Shown in pieces: positions 20,828 through 33,039 of a DNA stretch of 40,469 nt (the stretch's first letter is position 1; the number at the start of each line of letters is the position of its first letter). Under the pieces are notes generated by a model, which was not told where the DNA came from, searched no databases, and saw only the letters and a program-made list of their open reading frames with translations. The DNA is taken from assembly GCA_002269645.1 (NCBI GenBank), contig NIVC01004614.1:1-40469 (forward strand), read 5' to 3'. The stretch is from Macrostomum lignano (lineage: Eukaryota). The position numbers were made by a program, and so were the translations under genes.

Positions 20828-23800
20828 TCAAAGTTCCCTCATCTCAGCCTGTGTGAGGTTGAAGGCGCAATCAGGTGAGCAATAATAGTTTTGTGGCAGG
20901 TTGCTCTTTGGTGGAAAGCCAGCACATTCACAATGATGCCAGGCATCACAGCCATTGCATTGAATCCACTGGATTCTCAAACTTGCAGGCTGAATACAGA
21001 TGGTAGAACTGCAGCGCTCAACCTCAGTCCCTGACTTACCATGACCCCGACCTCGCTCTCGACCCCTGACACGCTTGCCAGTTGAACACCTTGCGGCATC
21101 TTTCACCGAAAGCACTATCTGCTGTCTTGGAATTGGTGGCAAAGCCAGCGGTTGCCACAGCCTAGCATTGTGGCACCGACAGTAATCAGTAGCTTTTGTG
21201 CAGAGACAGGCCAGCTCCCAATACAAGATGCCACTTTCATCAACTTGGCAGATGTGGTGGCAGTTGGCAATGCCCAGCATCGTAGACAAGTTCACTATCT
21301 GCAGCACATTTCCAAACTCCTCGATGTCACTGGTTATAACCTCAAAAAGCAAAATCTTTTTCTCTTCATTACTGCCACCAATCATCATTGCCTCCATCAT
21401 GTCCTGCACCGTGACCACCTGCCTCTGCTCACCTGTAGATACCCGGTTGTCGCAACGGCGCTTAATGGCCGCTCCCACACCGTCAGCGGCACCCTTGCCA
21501 TGGCCAGCCTCAGTGAAGATCCACTGCCAGCGATGGATGCCAATTCGCCACAACAGTCAATCAAACAAAAAAATTGTCATTCTGTTGCAGTATTGGCTGC
21601 TGGGGGAGTCAGAAATGATGGTGACTCACTCAACTTCACCTAAGATGGAAAAAAATGCTTCAGTACAGGTAGCATTACGGGGTGCAACAATTGCTTCTGC
21701 CTTCTTGTTGCGGTCCAACGACAGAGAAGCAAATGACACACCTTGCCGTTTACACACCCCGTAGGCGACACCCTGGTGAGTTGTAACCTGCTCGCAGTCT
21801 CCAAAATGGGCTGGTTGCGGTGGTACTTTGTGCTATATGCTTCACTAAAATCAATGTGTAGCACCAGGTGGTGCTTGCCCAGATTGTCCTTCAGCTGACG
21901 AATAGCGCAAAATTGATGTTGGAGGCGCAGGAAGTGGGCGCCATATTTGCGCAAATGTTTCAAAAGTTTTGCTATGGCAAACTCACAGTTCATCGTTTTC
22001 TTTACAACCTCCATGCCATTCGCATCAGTCCTATGCTTCCACATGTCGTACACAACAATTGGCTGATTAGCAACGGCATCAGCTTTGATAGGAGAAAGCT
22101 GGGTGCACTTCTGGCATATATTGTTCAGACAGTTGTACGACTCGTCTGAGCAAACAATCTTCTGTAGAAGATCATGCTTGTCAGCTGTTGAGTCTATTAG
22201 CTTTGCTTTACGAATTCCTTCAAACAAAAGGTCGAAGTTGGTGCACAGTGGGCATAGGCACTGTTCTCGATTGCCTACTTTTGGTTGAAGCACATGTGGC
22301 GGCTTGTAACGGTAAAATGAAGCCCTGCTACATTTTATAGTTGGGTGTTCTGACAGAAATTTTTTGTACAAAATCTGCATTCCGTAAAGAAGATAGCGTT
22401 TCTGCTTCTTTTTGGACCCTCTGAGCACGGTCTCTTTTCTTCCAGCAGTTGCCCGTGAGTTTTGGTCCTCACACAAAAAATCTGAAATAGCCATTGGCAA
22501 CTTTTTCACTTTTGGCGGTGCATGTGCTTCTTTCGTTTCACTGCTACGATGCTATCCACAATATGCTTGATGGCGGCTTCTGAATCGTCAGAGGCACCTT
22601 GCCTAAAAACAGCAGCTTTAAATCTTTGCCGCTTCTGCTGCTTCAGCTTTTTATTTTCTTCTTCCACCTTCTTCAACCGTTCAAGCAAACGCGAAATTTC
22701 TTCCTTTTTCTTTCTCATCTCCCGCTGCTTAGCAGCCTCAGACCAACTCAATCGCTCATTTGCAGTGCTCTTAATCTGTTTAGTATCATTCCTTGAATTA
22801 GGCTTAATCTGACGTCTTCTCTGGTCTTTTACTACGTCCGATTCCATAATACTTTTTTGCTTGTAATAGAACTTTTTTTGTCTCAATCAATTCTGCTAGC
22901 AAAACTAGCAGACAACAGTCAATCAAACAAAAAAATTGTCATTCTGTTGCAGTATTGGCTGCTGGGGGAGTCAGAAATGATGGTGACTCACTCAACTTCA
23001 CCTAAGATGGAAAAAAATGCTTCAGTACAGGTAGCATTACGGGGTGCAACAATTGCTTCTGCCTTCTTGTTGCGGTCCAACGACAGAGAAGCAAATGACA
23101 CACCTTGCCGTTTACACACCCCGTAGGCGACACCCTGGTGAGTTGTAACCTGCTCGCAGTCTCCAAAATGGGCTGGTTGCGGTGGTACTTTGTGCTATAT
23201 GCTTCACTAAAATCAATGTGTAGCACCAGGTGGTGCTTGCCCAGATTGTCCTTCAGCTGACGAATAGCGCAAAATTGATGTTGGAGGCGCAGGAAGTGGG
23301 CGCCATATTTGCGCAAATGTTTCAAAAGTTTTGCTATGGCAAACTCACAGTTCATCGTTTTCTTTACAACCTCCATGCCATTCGCATCAGTCCTATGCTT
23401 CCACATGTCGTACACAACAATTGGCTGATTAGCAACGGCATCAGCTTTGATAGGAGAAAGCTGGGTGCACTTCTGGCATATATTGTTCAGACAGTTGTAC
23501 AACTCGTCTGAGCAAACAATCTTCTGTAGAAGATCATGCTTGTCAGCTGTTGAGTCTATTAGCTTTGCTTTACGAATTCCTTCAAACAAAAGGTCGAAGT
23601 TGGTGCACAGTGGGCATAGGCACTGTTCTCGATTGCCTACTTTTGGTTGAAGCACATGTGGCGGCTTGTAACGGTAAAATGAAGCCCTGCTACATTTTAT
23701 AGTTGGGTGTTCTGACAGAAATTTTTTGTACAAAATCTGCATTCCGTAAAGAAGATAGCGTTTCTGCTTCTTTTTGGACCCTCTGAGCACGGTCTCTTTT

Positions 23801-24344
23801 CTTCCAGCAGTTGCCCGTGAGTTTTGGTCCTCACACAAAAAATCTGAAATAGCCATTGGCAACTTTTTCACTTTTGGCGGTGCATGTGCTTCTTTCGTTT
23901 CACTGCTACGATGCTATCCACAATATGCTTGATGGCGGCTTCTGAATCGTCAGAGGCACCTTGCCTAAAAACAGCAGCTTTAAATCTTTGCCGCTTCTGC
24001 TGCTTCAGCTTTTTATTTTCTTCTTCCACCTTCTTCAACCGTTCAAGCAAACGCGAAATTTCTTCCTTTTTCTTTCTCATCTCCCGCTGCTTAGCAGCCT
24101 CAGACCAACTCAATCGCTCATTTGCAGTGCTCTTAATCTGTTTAGTATCATTCCTTGAATTAGGCTTAATCTGACGTCTTCTCTGGTCTTTTACTACGTC
24201 CGATTCCATAATACTTTTTTGCTTGTAATAGAACTTTTTTTGTCTCAATCAATTCTGCTCTTTGAATCCCTCAAGATCAGTGGAACGCTTTTTATTCTCC
24301 CATTTTTTATAAGACTCGCGAGCGCGCTGCTTCTTTGATAGCAT
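20828..24344 (-). pseudogene. Decayed DDE transposase, most likely Sola2-type, with a C-terminal PHD finger and an internal tandem duplication
   Basis: From ATG 24344 there are stops and frameshifts, but the motifs are collinear: NSRATAGRKETV..KKQKRYL...LYKKF..SRASFYRYKP..CLCPLCTN; HIDFSEAY; AHFGDCEQVTTHQGVAY; IISDSPSSQY; WIFTEAGHGKGAADGVGAAIKR. The DFSE.Y / SD...QY / HGKG..DG.G set matches Sola2 transposases as I recall them. The transposase call is firm; the subfamily is less so. Confidence 0.8.
21550..24259. repeat. Tandem duplication of 1348 bp (21550-22897 and 22912-24259) with a 14-bp junction insert
   Basis: ORF pairs are offset by exactly 1362 bp. One substitution was seen (G22139 vs A23501). 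The spacer is AGCAAAACTAGCAG. Confidence 0.97.
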
Positions 24345-24514
24345 GCTAAAGAAGCAGTTGCTTTTGAGCTGAAAGTAAACGGAATTCATTTATTTATTTG
24401 ATAAATGTATAGGTTTTGAGATTTAACTTCTTAAACTTATTGACATAAATCTACGTTTAAGCTTCAAGCAGTGAGCTGATGTGGATCGATTTTTAATACT
24501 TGATGTGGCGTTAT

Positions 24515-24897
24515 CAGGAGCCTCGCCACCAGGGGGGGGGCAGTGCAAGGGGACAAGCCCCCAGTAAAATGCTTTGTCCCCCACCATGCATTCCTTTATA
24601 AAAAAATGTTGTTGGAAATAAATAATGTTGCTTCAGGATGACAAAATAGTGTCTGTGGTGCGAAAATGGATCCTGTGGTTCAAAAATGTGTGCCAGCAGT
24701 TCTAAAATGAATGCCAGCAGTGCTGAAATGGTGCAGCTGAGGCACTAAAACGAGTGCCTATGGCGCCTATGGCGCTTAAATGATAGTTGACAACATATTC
24801 CGAAAATAATATACAGCAGAAATCTAGTCATGTACATGCTGAATTCTTGGCTTCATCCCCCCCCCCTTCAACCATAGAATCCATGGCGACGTCCCTG
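24515..24897. mobile_element. ~380-bp MITE with imperfect TIRs, superfamily unassigned
   Basis: The left end CAGGAGCCTCGCCA matches the reverse-complemented right end CAGGGACGTCGCCA at 11/14. The right end is shared with 182-248. The interior holds degenerate copies of the 21-bp unit on the minus strand. Confidence 0.7.
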
Positions 24898-26144
24898 GGC
24901 ATAATTATTTGTTTCTGATGTACTATTTTTACCATTGCCAATAGTATTTTAAAAAAATGTTTCTTTTTTCTTTTTGTCGTTGGTATGTAACAAAAGGCTG
25001 AATCTATTACCTAAAAATTGAGATCACTAATCATGCATAATCGATCTAATTAGAAAGTAAGAAACATAGAACTGTTATTTTAGTAAACTCTAGAAAATTA
25101 GTTTGATAATTATAACTATTATTCCATACATAGATGCAAGACTGTTTTCTCATGGTATTTCTATAAAAATGCACGGCATCATTTTTATTCATCTTTTATT
25201 CTTTCCTGCTTCTTAGCATATTAATTTTTGTTTTAGACTACTTAAAATGTACTATAAAAAAATCAGTCTAAAAATCTTCTGTTGAGTAAAAACAACTAAC
25301 AACACCCAATTTAAATTAGATCAGTATAAATTTTAAGTACAAAGTGTAAAATTCTATTGTTTTTCATCAACAGATTGGGCATTTAAATGGCCAAGTTTAT
25401 TTTACTCGTAGATGTACAAAAATACCTTCCAAAAACCTAACAATGTGCTGAGAATTTTTTAATACTTTACTAGGGGCATAGAGGCAGTACTTTTTTTCAA
25501 GCCACAGATGAAGGCTTTGAAATAGAACTACTCTGGTGCTGCTTGTTTTATTATAGACAGATTAATCTGTATTTGTTAGCTTAATTTTGTGCTATTGAAA
25601 AACTAAAAACTCATAATTTAATTAACATAATTCTTACAGTTTTAAATGACACTGAATAATTTGATACTATATTGTAAATTGTGACCATCTTTCTTAATAA
25701 CAGATGAAAACACACCTCTCTTTTGATTCTATCAGCTGAACGAATGAACTAAAAGTTAGTTTTTTCATCCCATAGCCATACAGTGCCACGCTTCTAGAAA
25801 AGTCAAAATAAAAACGTCAATTCAACAAGCCAAAGGTTTTAATGGCTTTCAGGTTGTAGGAAATCAAGATATAAATAATATTTGATAGTTTTGCTTTTTG
25901 ATATGACCACATGAGAAAAATATTGTATCTATAAAATGGGTATTACGCTAAAGCGATAATCCAAAAAATAAATTAAAAAACAAAGATGGCGCAGACTCTT
26001 GACATTGACTCAAGAATTTTAAATAAAAAATGACTGTTTATAAACATAAATGTTTATTTTTAATAGTATTATCAAGCCACATGAAAAAAAGCCATCAATT
26101 TAAGGCGGATTAAAAAAAATTTGCTTAACTGCTTACATCGAAAC

Positions 26145-26261
26145 TTTGAGAATGACCCAGTCATGTGACTACTGTTCTGTCCAATAGCAACTTACATATA
26201 TGCATTGCCAATAGAAACAGCCAGGTGAATCCCTAGGTTGTGCCCAAGCATGAGCCTAGGC
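26145..26261 (-). repeat. Inverted partner of 18602-18713
   Basis: See 18602-18713. Confidence 0.75.
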
Positions 26262-26919
26262 CTAGTACAATAGTAGCATTAAAATGATCATCCTTTAGAA
26301 TTGAAGGGGGGTTCCATAGCCTATTTTGCTTTATAACCATTTTTAGATTTCTCTTTAAATGTTTTTTGTACTGTGTATAAAAGTAGAGGCTTTTTGAATA
26401 AGTTGTTAGAAATAAAAAGTGCTCAGAACATAATCAATTTAAGGCCATTTTTATATTTAAATGATTATTATTCAAAATGGATATAATACTCAAGATGCTA
26501 AAATATACAAGTTCTAGAAAGATCATTTGTTATATAAAGTTGAAATCGTTATCTCTGGAAACAGATTATTATATTGTTTTAAAAACTCCCAAGCTTTATT
26601 TTTTATTTTAGGCCCTATTTAAAACATCTATTAAAGTGATTGTCACTTCACTTAGTGACCATCATTCAAAAGATTGCCTAGTTTTTTCTATAGAACAAAA
26701 AGTTTTTTGTTCTATAGAAATCAGTTTCAAAATTGTATTATTAGCCTGTATCCTTTTAATATTTAAAGTTAAATCTAAAATGTTAATTTTAGATTCTTTT
26801 TGTGACTTGTTTATAGAGTCTATTTACATATTTTTTATATGGATTTGACCTTATCACTTTTGGTAGTGAGAAAAGAATTTTATTTTGATCACAAAAGAAG
26901 AAATGCCAAACTTTGGCTC

Positions 26920-27300
26920 AGGTCTAGTGCCACTGAATTGGTGCTTGCCCTAGAATTGCAGCTTTCGTGCTAGCTGCTACTATAGTTCTGACTTCTTCTT
27001 GAAGTTGATTTTAGTGAAGATGATTGTTAAAATGATTAGGCAATCTATCCCCCCCTTCTTGTCTTGTTGCTTTGTTTCAAACTGCTCAATGACCTGTTAC
27101 CTAATCTCCTAGTAATGTTGCTGATCTTTCCTATGGCTACCTGATCTTTCCTATCCTCTTCAGTCTTGCGATATCTAGATTGGCAAAGAGGGCTTCTTTC
27201 CATTTTCTCTATTAATTCTTTGAATCCTGCATTGTTGTTTGAATGCATTAAGCCACTGCCTAATGTTCTTGTCAGGCATGAACTTTTCTACTTCTACGTG
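26920..27300 (-). pseudogene. Probable decayed retrotransposon gag remnant
   Basis: With one frameshift in an A-run, the minus strand reads VEKFMPDKNIRQWLNAFKQQCRIQRINRE(K)WKEALFANLD. This resembles the F......W...FE..C.....W...L...L pattern of Ty3/gypsy Gag. Boundaries are approximate. Confidence 0.4.
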
Positions 27301-28009
27301 CCTTAATGATCCTAGGTTTAGCCTGTTTTATAATTCTTTAGCTAGCATTGCAATTGCATCATTTGCCTTGGCCATTTTTCAAATTCCCACTGTCAAATTC
27401 TGCCATTTCTCTGATTTGAATCTCACCATTTCTCTGATTCTTTATGCTGCCACTAGCTATAATAGGGCTATTTCTTATTGTAAATTTCCTAAAGCTGTCA
27501 CCAAAGTTGTCAACAGTGCTCTTTGTTCTCTCTATTATAAAACCCAAATCTATATAACTAAATATGAAAAGTTTCTATGTATATATGTATGTATATATGT
27601 ACATAATCCATTTTGAAAGAATTTATCCTACCAATTTTTTTCAAACTTGCACCATTCGATCAGAAATTCTTGCAAATTGGTACAGTTCTCTTGGCTAAGA
27701 GATTGCTTCATTTTAAGGGATTCAATATTCGAAAAACTGTATTTTCCCTATCTAATAAGTGTATTTTTCTTGCAGTAAAAGCTCAATGCGTCTATGGTTC
27801 ATTGTATTCTATTCTATAAATTCTATTCTTGAGTTGATGCTGTGAGCTATATATAGCTATACTTGAAGCTTATTATATTTTACAATAATAAATAATATCC
27901 CATCTTCAACTTGAATTGTTTGAAACCGGAATTGATTGTCTGAATTAAAGCCGGGTGCTACAATCTGTGCATAATCACTTGAACAGAAATGCCTCGACAA
28001 CATTGCACT

Positions 28010-28290
28010 ACGTTTAAGAGGGAATTGCTGAGATGTCAAGGCTTAAGAGGGAATTGCTGAGATGTCAAGGTCTAATGGGAATTGCTGAAATGTCAAGGCT
28101 TAGTGGGGAAATTCCAGAGATGTAAAGCTCTGGGGTGAATGGCTAAGTTTTCAAGGCTTGCTGGGGTACAATTGCTTAGATGTCAAGGCTTATTGTGGGA
28201 ATTTCCAAGATATCCATTCTCACTAGGCAGATTTGCTGAGATATCAAGGCTCACCAGGGGGAATTGCTGAGATATCAAGGCTCACTATTG
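28010..28290. repeat. Degenerate ~30-bp GGGAATTGCTGAGATGTCAAGGCT repeats inside Helitron A
   Basis: About 8 imperfect copies. The same motif recurs in 36810-37750. Confidence 0.85.
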
Positions 28291-28329
28291 GTGGATAATC
28301 ATTGGTAGAATTGCTGTAATTGAATTGGT

Positions 28330-29245
28330 GAAACTGTCTGACGGGTGCTGTTGTAAACTGTCTAACAGGTGCTGTTGTAACTATCTAATGGGTGCTGTTG
28401 TAACTGTCTAACGAATGCTGTTGTAAACTGTCTAATGGGTACTGTTGTAACTGTCTAATAGGTGCTGTTGTAACTGCCTAATGGGTGCTACATGTATTGT
28501 AAACTGTCTAACAAATGCTGTTGTAAACTGTCTAATGAATGCTGTTGTAAACTGTCTAACGAATGCTGTTGTAAACTGTCTAACAAATGCTGTTGTAAAC
28601 TGTCTAATGGGTGCTGTTGTAAACTGTCTAATGGGTGCTGTTGTAACTGTCTAATAGGTGCTGTTGTAACTGTCTAACGGGTGCTACATGTATTGTAAAC
28701 TGTCTAACGATTGCTGTTGTAAACTGTCTAACGGGTACTGTTGTAACTGTCTAATAGGTGCTGTTGTAACTGCCTAATGGGTGCTACATGTATTGTAAAC
28801 TGTCTAACGGGTGCTATTGTAAACTGTCTAATGGGTGCTGTTGTAAACTGTCTAATGGGTGCTGTTGTAAACTGTCTAATGGGTGCTGTTGTAACTGTCT
28901 AATAGGTGCTATTGTAACTGTCTAACGGGTGCTACATGTATTGTAAACTGTCTAACGAATGCTGTTGTAAACTGTCTAATGGGTGCTGTTGTAACTGTCT
29001 AATAGGTGCTGTTGTAACTGTCTAATGGGTGCTACATGTATTGTAAACTGTCTAATGAATGCTGTTGTAAACTGTCTAATGGGTGCTGTTGTAACTGTCT
29101 AATAGGTGCTGTTGTAACTGTCTAACGGGTGCTACATGTATTGTAAACTGTCTAACGAATGCTGTTGTAAACTGTCTAACGAATGCTGTTGTAAACTGTC
29201 TAACGGGTGCTGTTGTAAACTGTCTAATGGTGCTGTTATAAACTG
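28330..29245. repeat. 23/24/30-bp satellite (TGCTGTTGTAAACTGTCTAATGGG) with a 100-bp higher-order unit
   Basis: The GCTACATGTA variant recurs at 28683, 28783, 28931, 29031 and 29131. Confidence 0.96.
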
Positions 29246-29305
29246 AAAAGAAAAGTGCTCGCTCAAAAAAATGATTGGGACACGCAAAGCAGGTCAGCCT
29301 GCCAA

Positions 29306-29410
29306 TCTATGTAACTAGATCTGAATAAGTTTCTGTTTGTATGTATGTACATAATCCATTTTTAAAAAAATAATTTTTTTTACATCCCGCAAAGCGGATC
29401 TAATTGCTAG
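29306..29410 (+). mobile_element. 105-bp mini-Helitron (deletion derivative retaining both termini)
   Basis: A|TCTATGTAACTAGATCTGAATAAGTTTCTG..GTATGTACATAATCCATTTT mirrors the 5' end at 27549. It then runs directly into the hairpin and CTAG|T. Confidence 0.7.
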
Positions 29411-31890
29411 TAATGATACTAAATTGTAACTATGATTTAATGTTATCTGCTAGAATGTACTTAATGCCTATAGTATATTTACTGGTAGCTTATCTACTTC
29501 TCTATTTCTGTACTGGTAGCATATATTTATCTATTGGTAGTGTATATATATGTACTGTATTGGCCTAAGCAATCTAATGGCACTGTCTATTCTATTCTCA
29601 CTATTTACTACTATAGGGGTTTCTCTCTCAGTCCTAGTCATTCCCAGGACCAAAGGGTCATGGCTTTTATACAATTCCATTGCTCTAAAATGATTTTCTT
29701 GCTGAGGTGATTCTCATACCCTGTGGCAATTCTACTATTCTATAGTGATTACTGCCCTAAGGCAATTCTTGCTTTCAGTGGATTTCTGATATTCCCTAAT
29801 TGGGGCTTTTATTATAAGGAAATGAACAAGTCTCTTAAGCACTATTGATAGCAATTTAATATGCAAATGACCTTTTCGTTTGCTAGCTCACAAGAAAAAG
29901 GCAAGCAATAAGTCAACAAGTTGACAAGTTGCTCTTCTTGGCCTACCCTGGGCTCCTATTTATACTGAAATCTTTTATAGATTATAACAAATATTAATTG
30001 CAAAAATATTTTTTTAAATTCATAAAAGTTAAACAAAAAATTAAACTGTTTTTAGTGCATATTTGAAATAAATCTTTTTTAGGAAATATAAATAGAAAAT
30101 GAGTGATTTTAAAATGATTGTACTATATTATTATTGCACTATCTCATATGAAGAATGGAAAAGAAAAAAGTACTTCAACTAACATTAACAGGCATTTTAC
30201 AAGAATAGCCAGAAAATAAAACTGGCTAGACTACAATAGACTTTATACGGACAATATTATAATATAACTATAATAATATATATAATAATATAATATAATA
30301 ATATAATAATATAATTATAACTATAGACTACAATATTCTGTAGCCTTTTAGTGCTTAAAGATTTAAAATGATATATTTTGCTATTATATGACACTAAAAT
30401 TCAGGAAAAAAGAAGCAAAAGGCAGAAATTTTGTCAAAAAGTTTGAAGTGATGGTTTGTTGGTTTGTTAGCTGTTTAACTGTGTGGTGTTAGTCATTTAA
30501 CTTTATTCAGTTTTCATCTTGCCCTTGCTATCAATGTGTTCTATGTACTCTGTAAACCAATGCCTACTCTATGCAATTCAATGTATATCATTGGGCTAGC
30601 CTTGCCTTGCCCCTTAAGTCTCTCTACTTACTTAGCCATGCAGTGCATCAGTGTAATTCAATATTCTCAATATTTAACCTATGGCTCTCAATGTATGTCT
30701 TGTCAGATAACTTAGACTATTCTAATACAAATATATTATTACAATACCTTGTTTAAACAATATTTGGTTCCTGACTTTTGCATCACATCAATGTTCTTTC
30801 ATGTTAGTATAGATCATAGAATAAGATTATTTAGATGATTGCTTTAAAATCTTATTTTGACCAACTAGTTGACTGTAAGTCTTATATTCCAAATGGCTTT
30901 TACTTGGGTAGCCTTATAAATAGGAAAATAAAGTAGACCAAAGTCTATAGTTTTGAAAGGAAAATAAATGCAAATTCTCTAAAAAAGTCAATTAATATTT
31001 ATAAATGTTTATTTTAAATAACAAAAGTTTAATTTATTACTAAACAAGCCTAATTAAAAAAAGTTCTTCAAAGGATTAAAATACCAGCTAATTAAAAGTC
31101 ATTTTCTGCTAGATTGGATTAACTTTAGTTTAATTTTAACAACAAAAATACTATTATTACAAAGCAAATCCTTAGATACATACCATCTTCTTAGCTAAGC
31201 AAAGCTTCTACACCAGACAACAAAAATAGCAAAATATATACAAAAACTATACAAAAAATTGCAATTCTTGCAATAAAATTGTGATTAGATTGTTAGGCAA
31301 ATTGTAATTATAGAAATTTTTAGCAATTAAATTGCATTTTAAAAAACTCCTATGCAATATAATTGCAATACTGAAAAGCAGCAATGCAATGATATTGTAA
31401 GTATTTTAATTTAGAATTTACTCTTGTTTCTACTGTCAATAGTCCATCCCTTTATGACTACAGATAGGTTAGATAGCAAGTGGATAGAGTTTAAGCTAAT
31501 AAAATTCACCATAGAAAGTGCCTAATCATCTTGAAATTAATAAAAGCAAGAAATTCCCAGGCCATTATTGTTTTGATACAAACTGCATTAATGCAAAAAA
31601 TTCATGATAATTGGTATTGAGTTAGTTTATTGCAATTCTTTAATATTTAAGCTTAGAATAAATAATAAGAGGAAGCAGTTTTTTGTCTCGCAATTGCAAT
31701 TTCATAGATATTCAATTAAAAAATCAAAAAACCTTTTTACTAAATAGATTTACCTCTTTTTTGTTTGCAAACACAAATCCTTATGAAAAACTAAAATTTA
31801 AAGAATAATTTAAAGACACTTATAAATATAACTGGAGTCGCGAGTCCTCGCGGTTAGGCTACTGGTTTTACTGATTTCTCTTTAAGTTGG

Positions 31891-31926
31891 TTAGTCCAAG
31901 CTCGGGAGACTCCCGGCTTGGACTAA
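31891..31926. other. Near-perfect 17-bp-stem inverted repeat of unknown function
   Basis: TTAGTCCAAGC(T)CGGGAG-A-CTCCCG-GCTTGGACTAA. Confidence 0.85.
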
Positions 31927-33039
31927 GTTGGAAGATTTTTCTATTCACTTTAAGTTGGCTAAGTATTTCCTATGGTCTAGGATACTTTGCTCTATTAATC
32001 TGCTATTATGTACTCTTAATTGGTAGGTTGCTGCCACCAGACTAATGTCCCTTTATAGTTAATGTTTTAAATTAAAATAAGTGAGACAAGAGTCAATTTC
32101 ATGTAAGGTTATTGGAATAAACAAACAGAAAAATGATATTATTAAACCAAAATATGCAAAAGATTAAGCACTATTATTTCCTATGTTAATAAAACCGGTA
32201 GACTCTTGGTTCCTTTAGTTAGACCAAATGGTAGACTCCTTTTAGTCTTTCCCTTATTCTTACTTAATTTATTCCTATTTTTGGTAGACTCCATTTTAAC
32301 TAAGTGGTAGACTCCTCTTAGCCTTCTCTATTTTACCCCAAACTTACCTTTTATACTTTTTTTATAAATTCTTCTCTTACAAAAGGGGAGACTCTCTTAG
32401 TTGGACTTATTTGAGACTTTGATCTCTATAAATGTTGTCCAATGGACAGTCCTGAACAGGATGCTTTTCCCAAGGCCAAATAGCCTTTTACTAATAGAGG
32501 AACCCGCTAAGACTCGAATTCCCACAACTTCAGATATTTCCCCGAGGGTGAACTACTAACAGTAGCGTAAAAGCAAAACTGCTTATTCTAGATTTTGGGC
32601 TACTAAAATAATTCATCTCAACGAATAAGAACTAATTAGCAAACGCCATAGCAAAACTGCTTGAAATAACCCCCTACTATATAACCAAATTCATAATAAT
32701 TGTTACAAACTATGAGCCAAACAAGAGGCTACTAAAATGTATTACACATAGCATATCATTGGCAAATGTCCTAAAAATGGCGCAAATTAGAGCAAAAGTC
32801 AGCATAAAGACATAAGGATAATGTAATATATATAGTACAGGATTGGCAAATGTCCTAAAAATGGCACAAATTGGAGCAACAGTTAGCATAATCAAATTTT
32901 TAACCCAGTGCTTACTAAATTGTCCAGTTTATTGTTTAGTTCTAGTTTACTAAATGTCTAACCTGAATAATAAGACTGCCAGGTGATTTGAGCTTAAGGG
33001 TGCAGACTTCTATCTAAGTCATATGAGAAGATGCAGACT

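Larger units (their letters stand above)
27549..29410 (+). mobile_element. Non-autonomous Helitron A (composite, ending in an abutting mini-element)
   Basis: The 5' end is A|TCTATATAACTAAATATGAAAAG followed by (ATGT)n. The 3' end has a hairpin CCGC-AAA-GCGG then TTGCTAG|T. It sits between A and T with no TSD. Its ACCAATTTT..TTCGATCAGAAATT..GGCTAAGAGATTGCT..AATATTCGAAAAAC block is shared with Helitron B. Confidence 0.75.
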
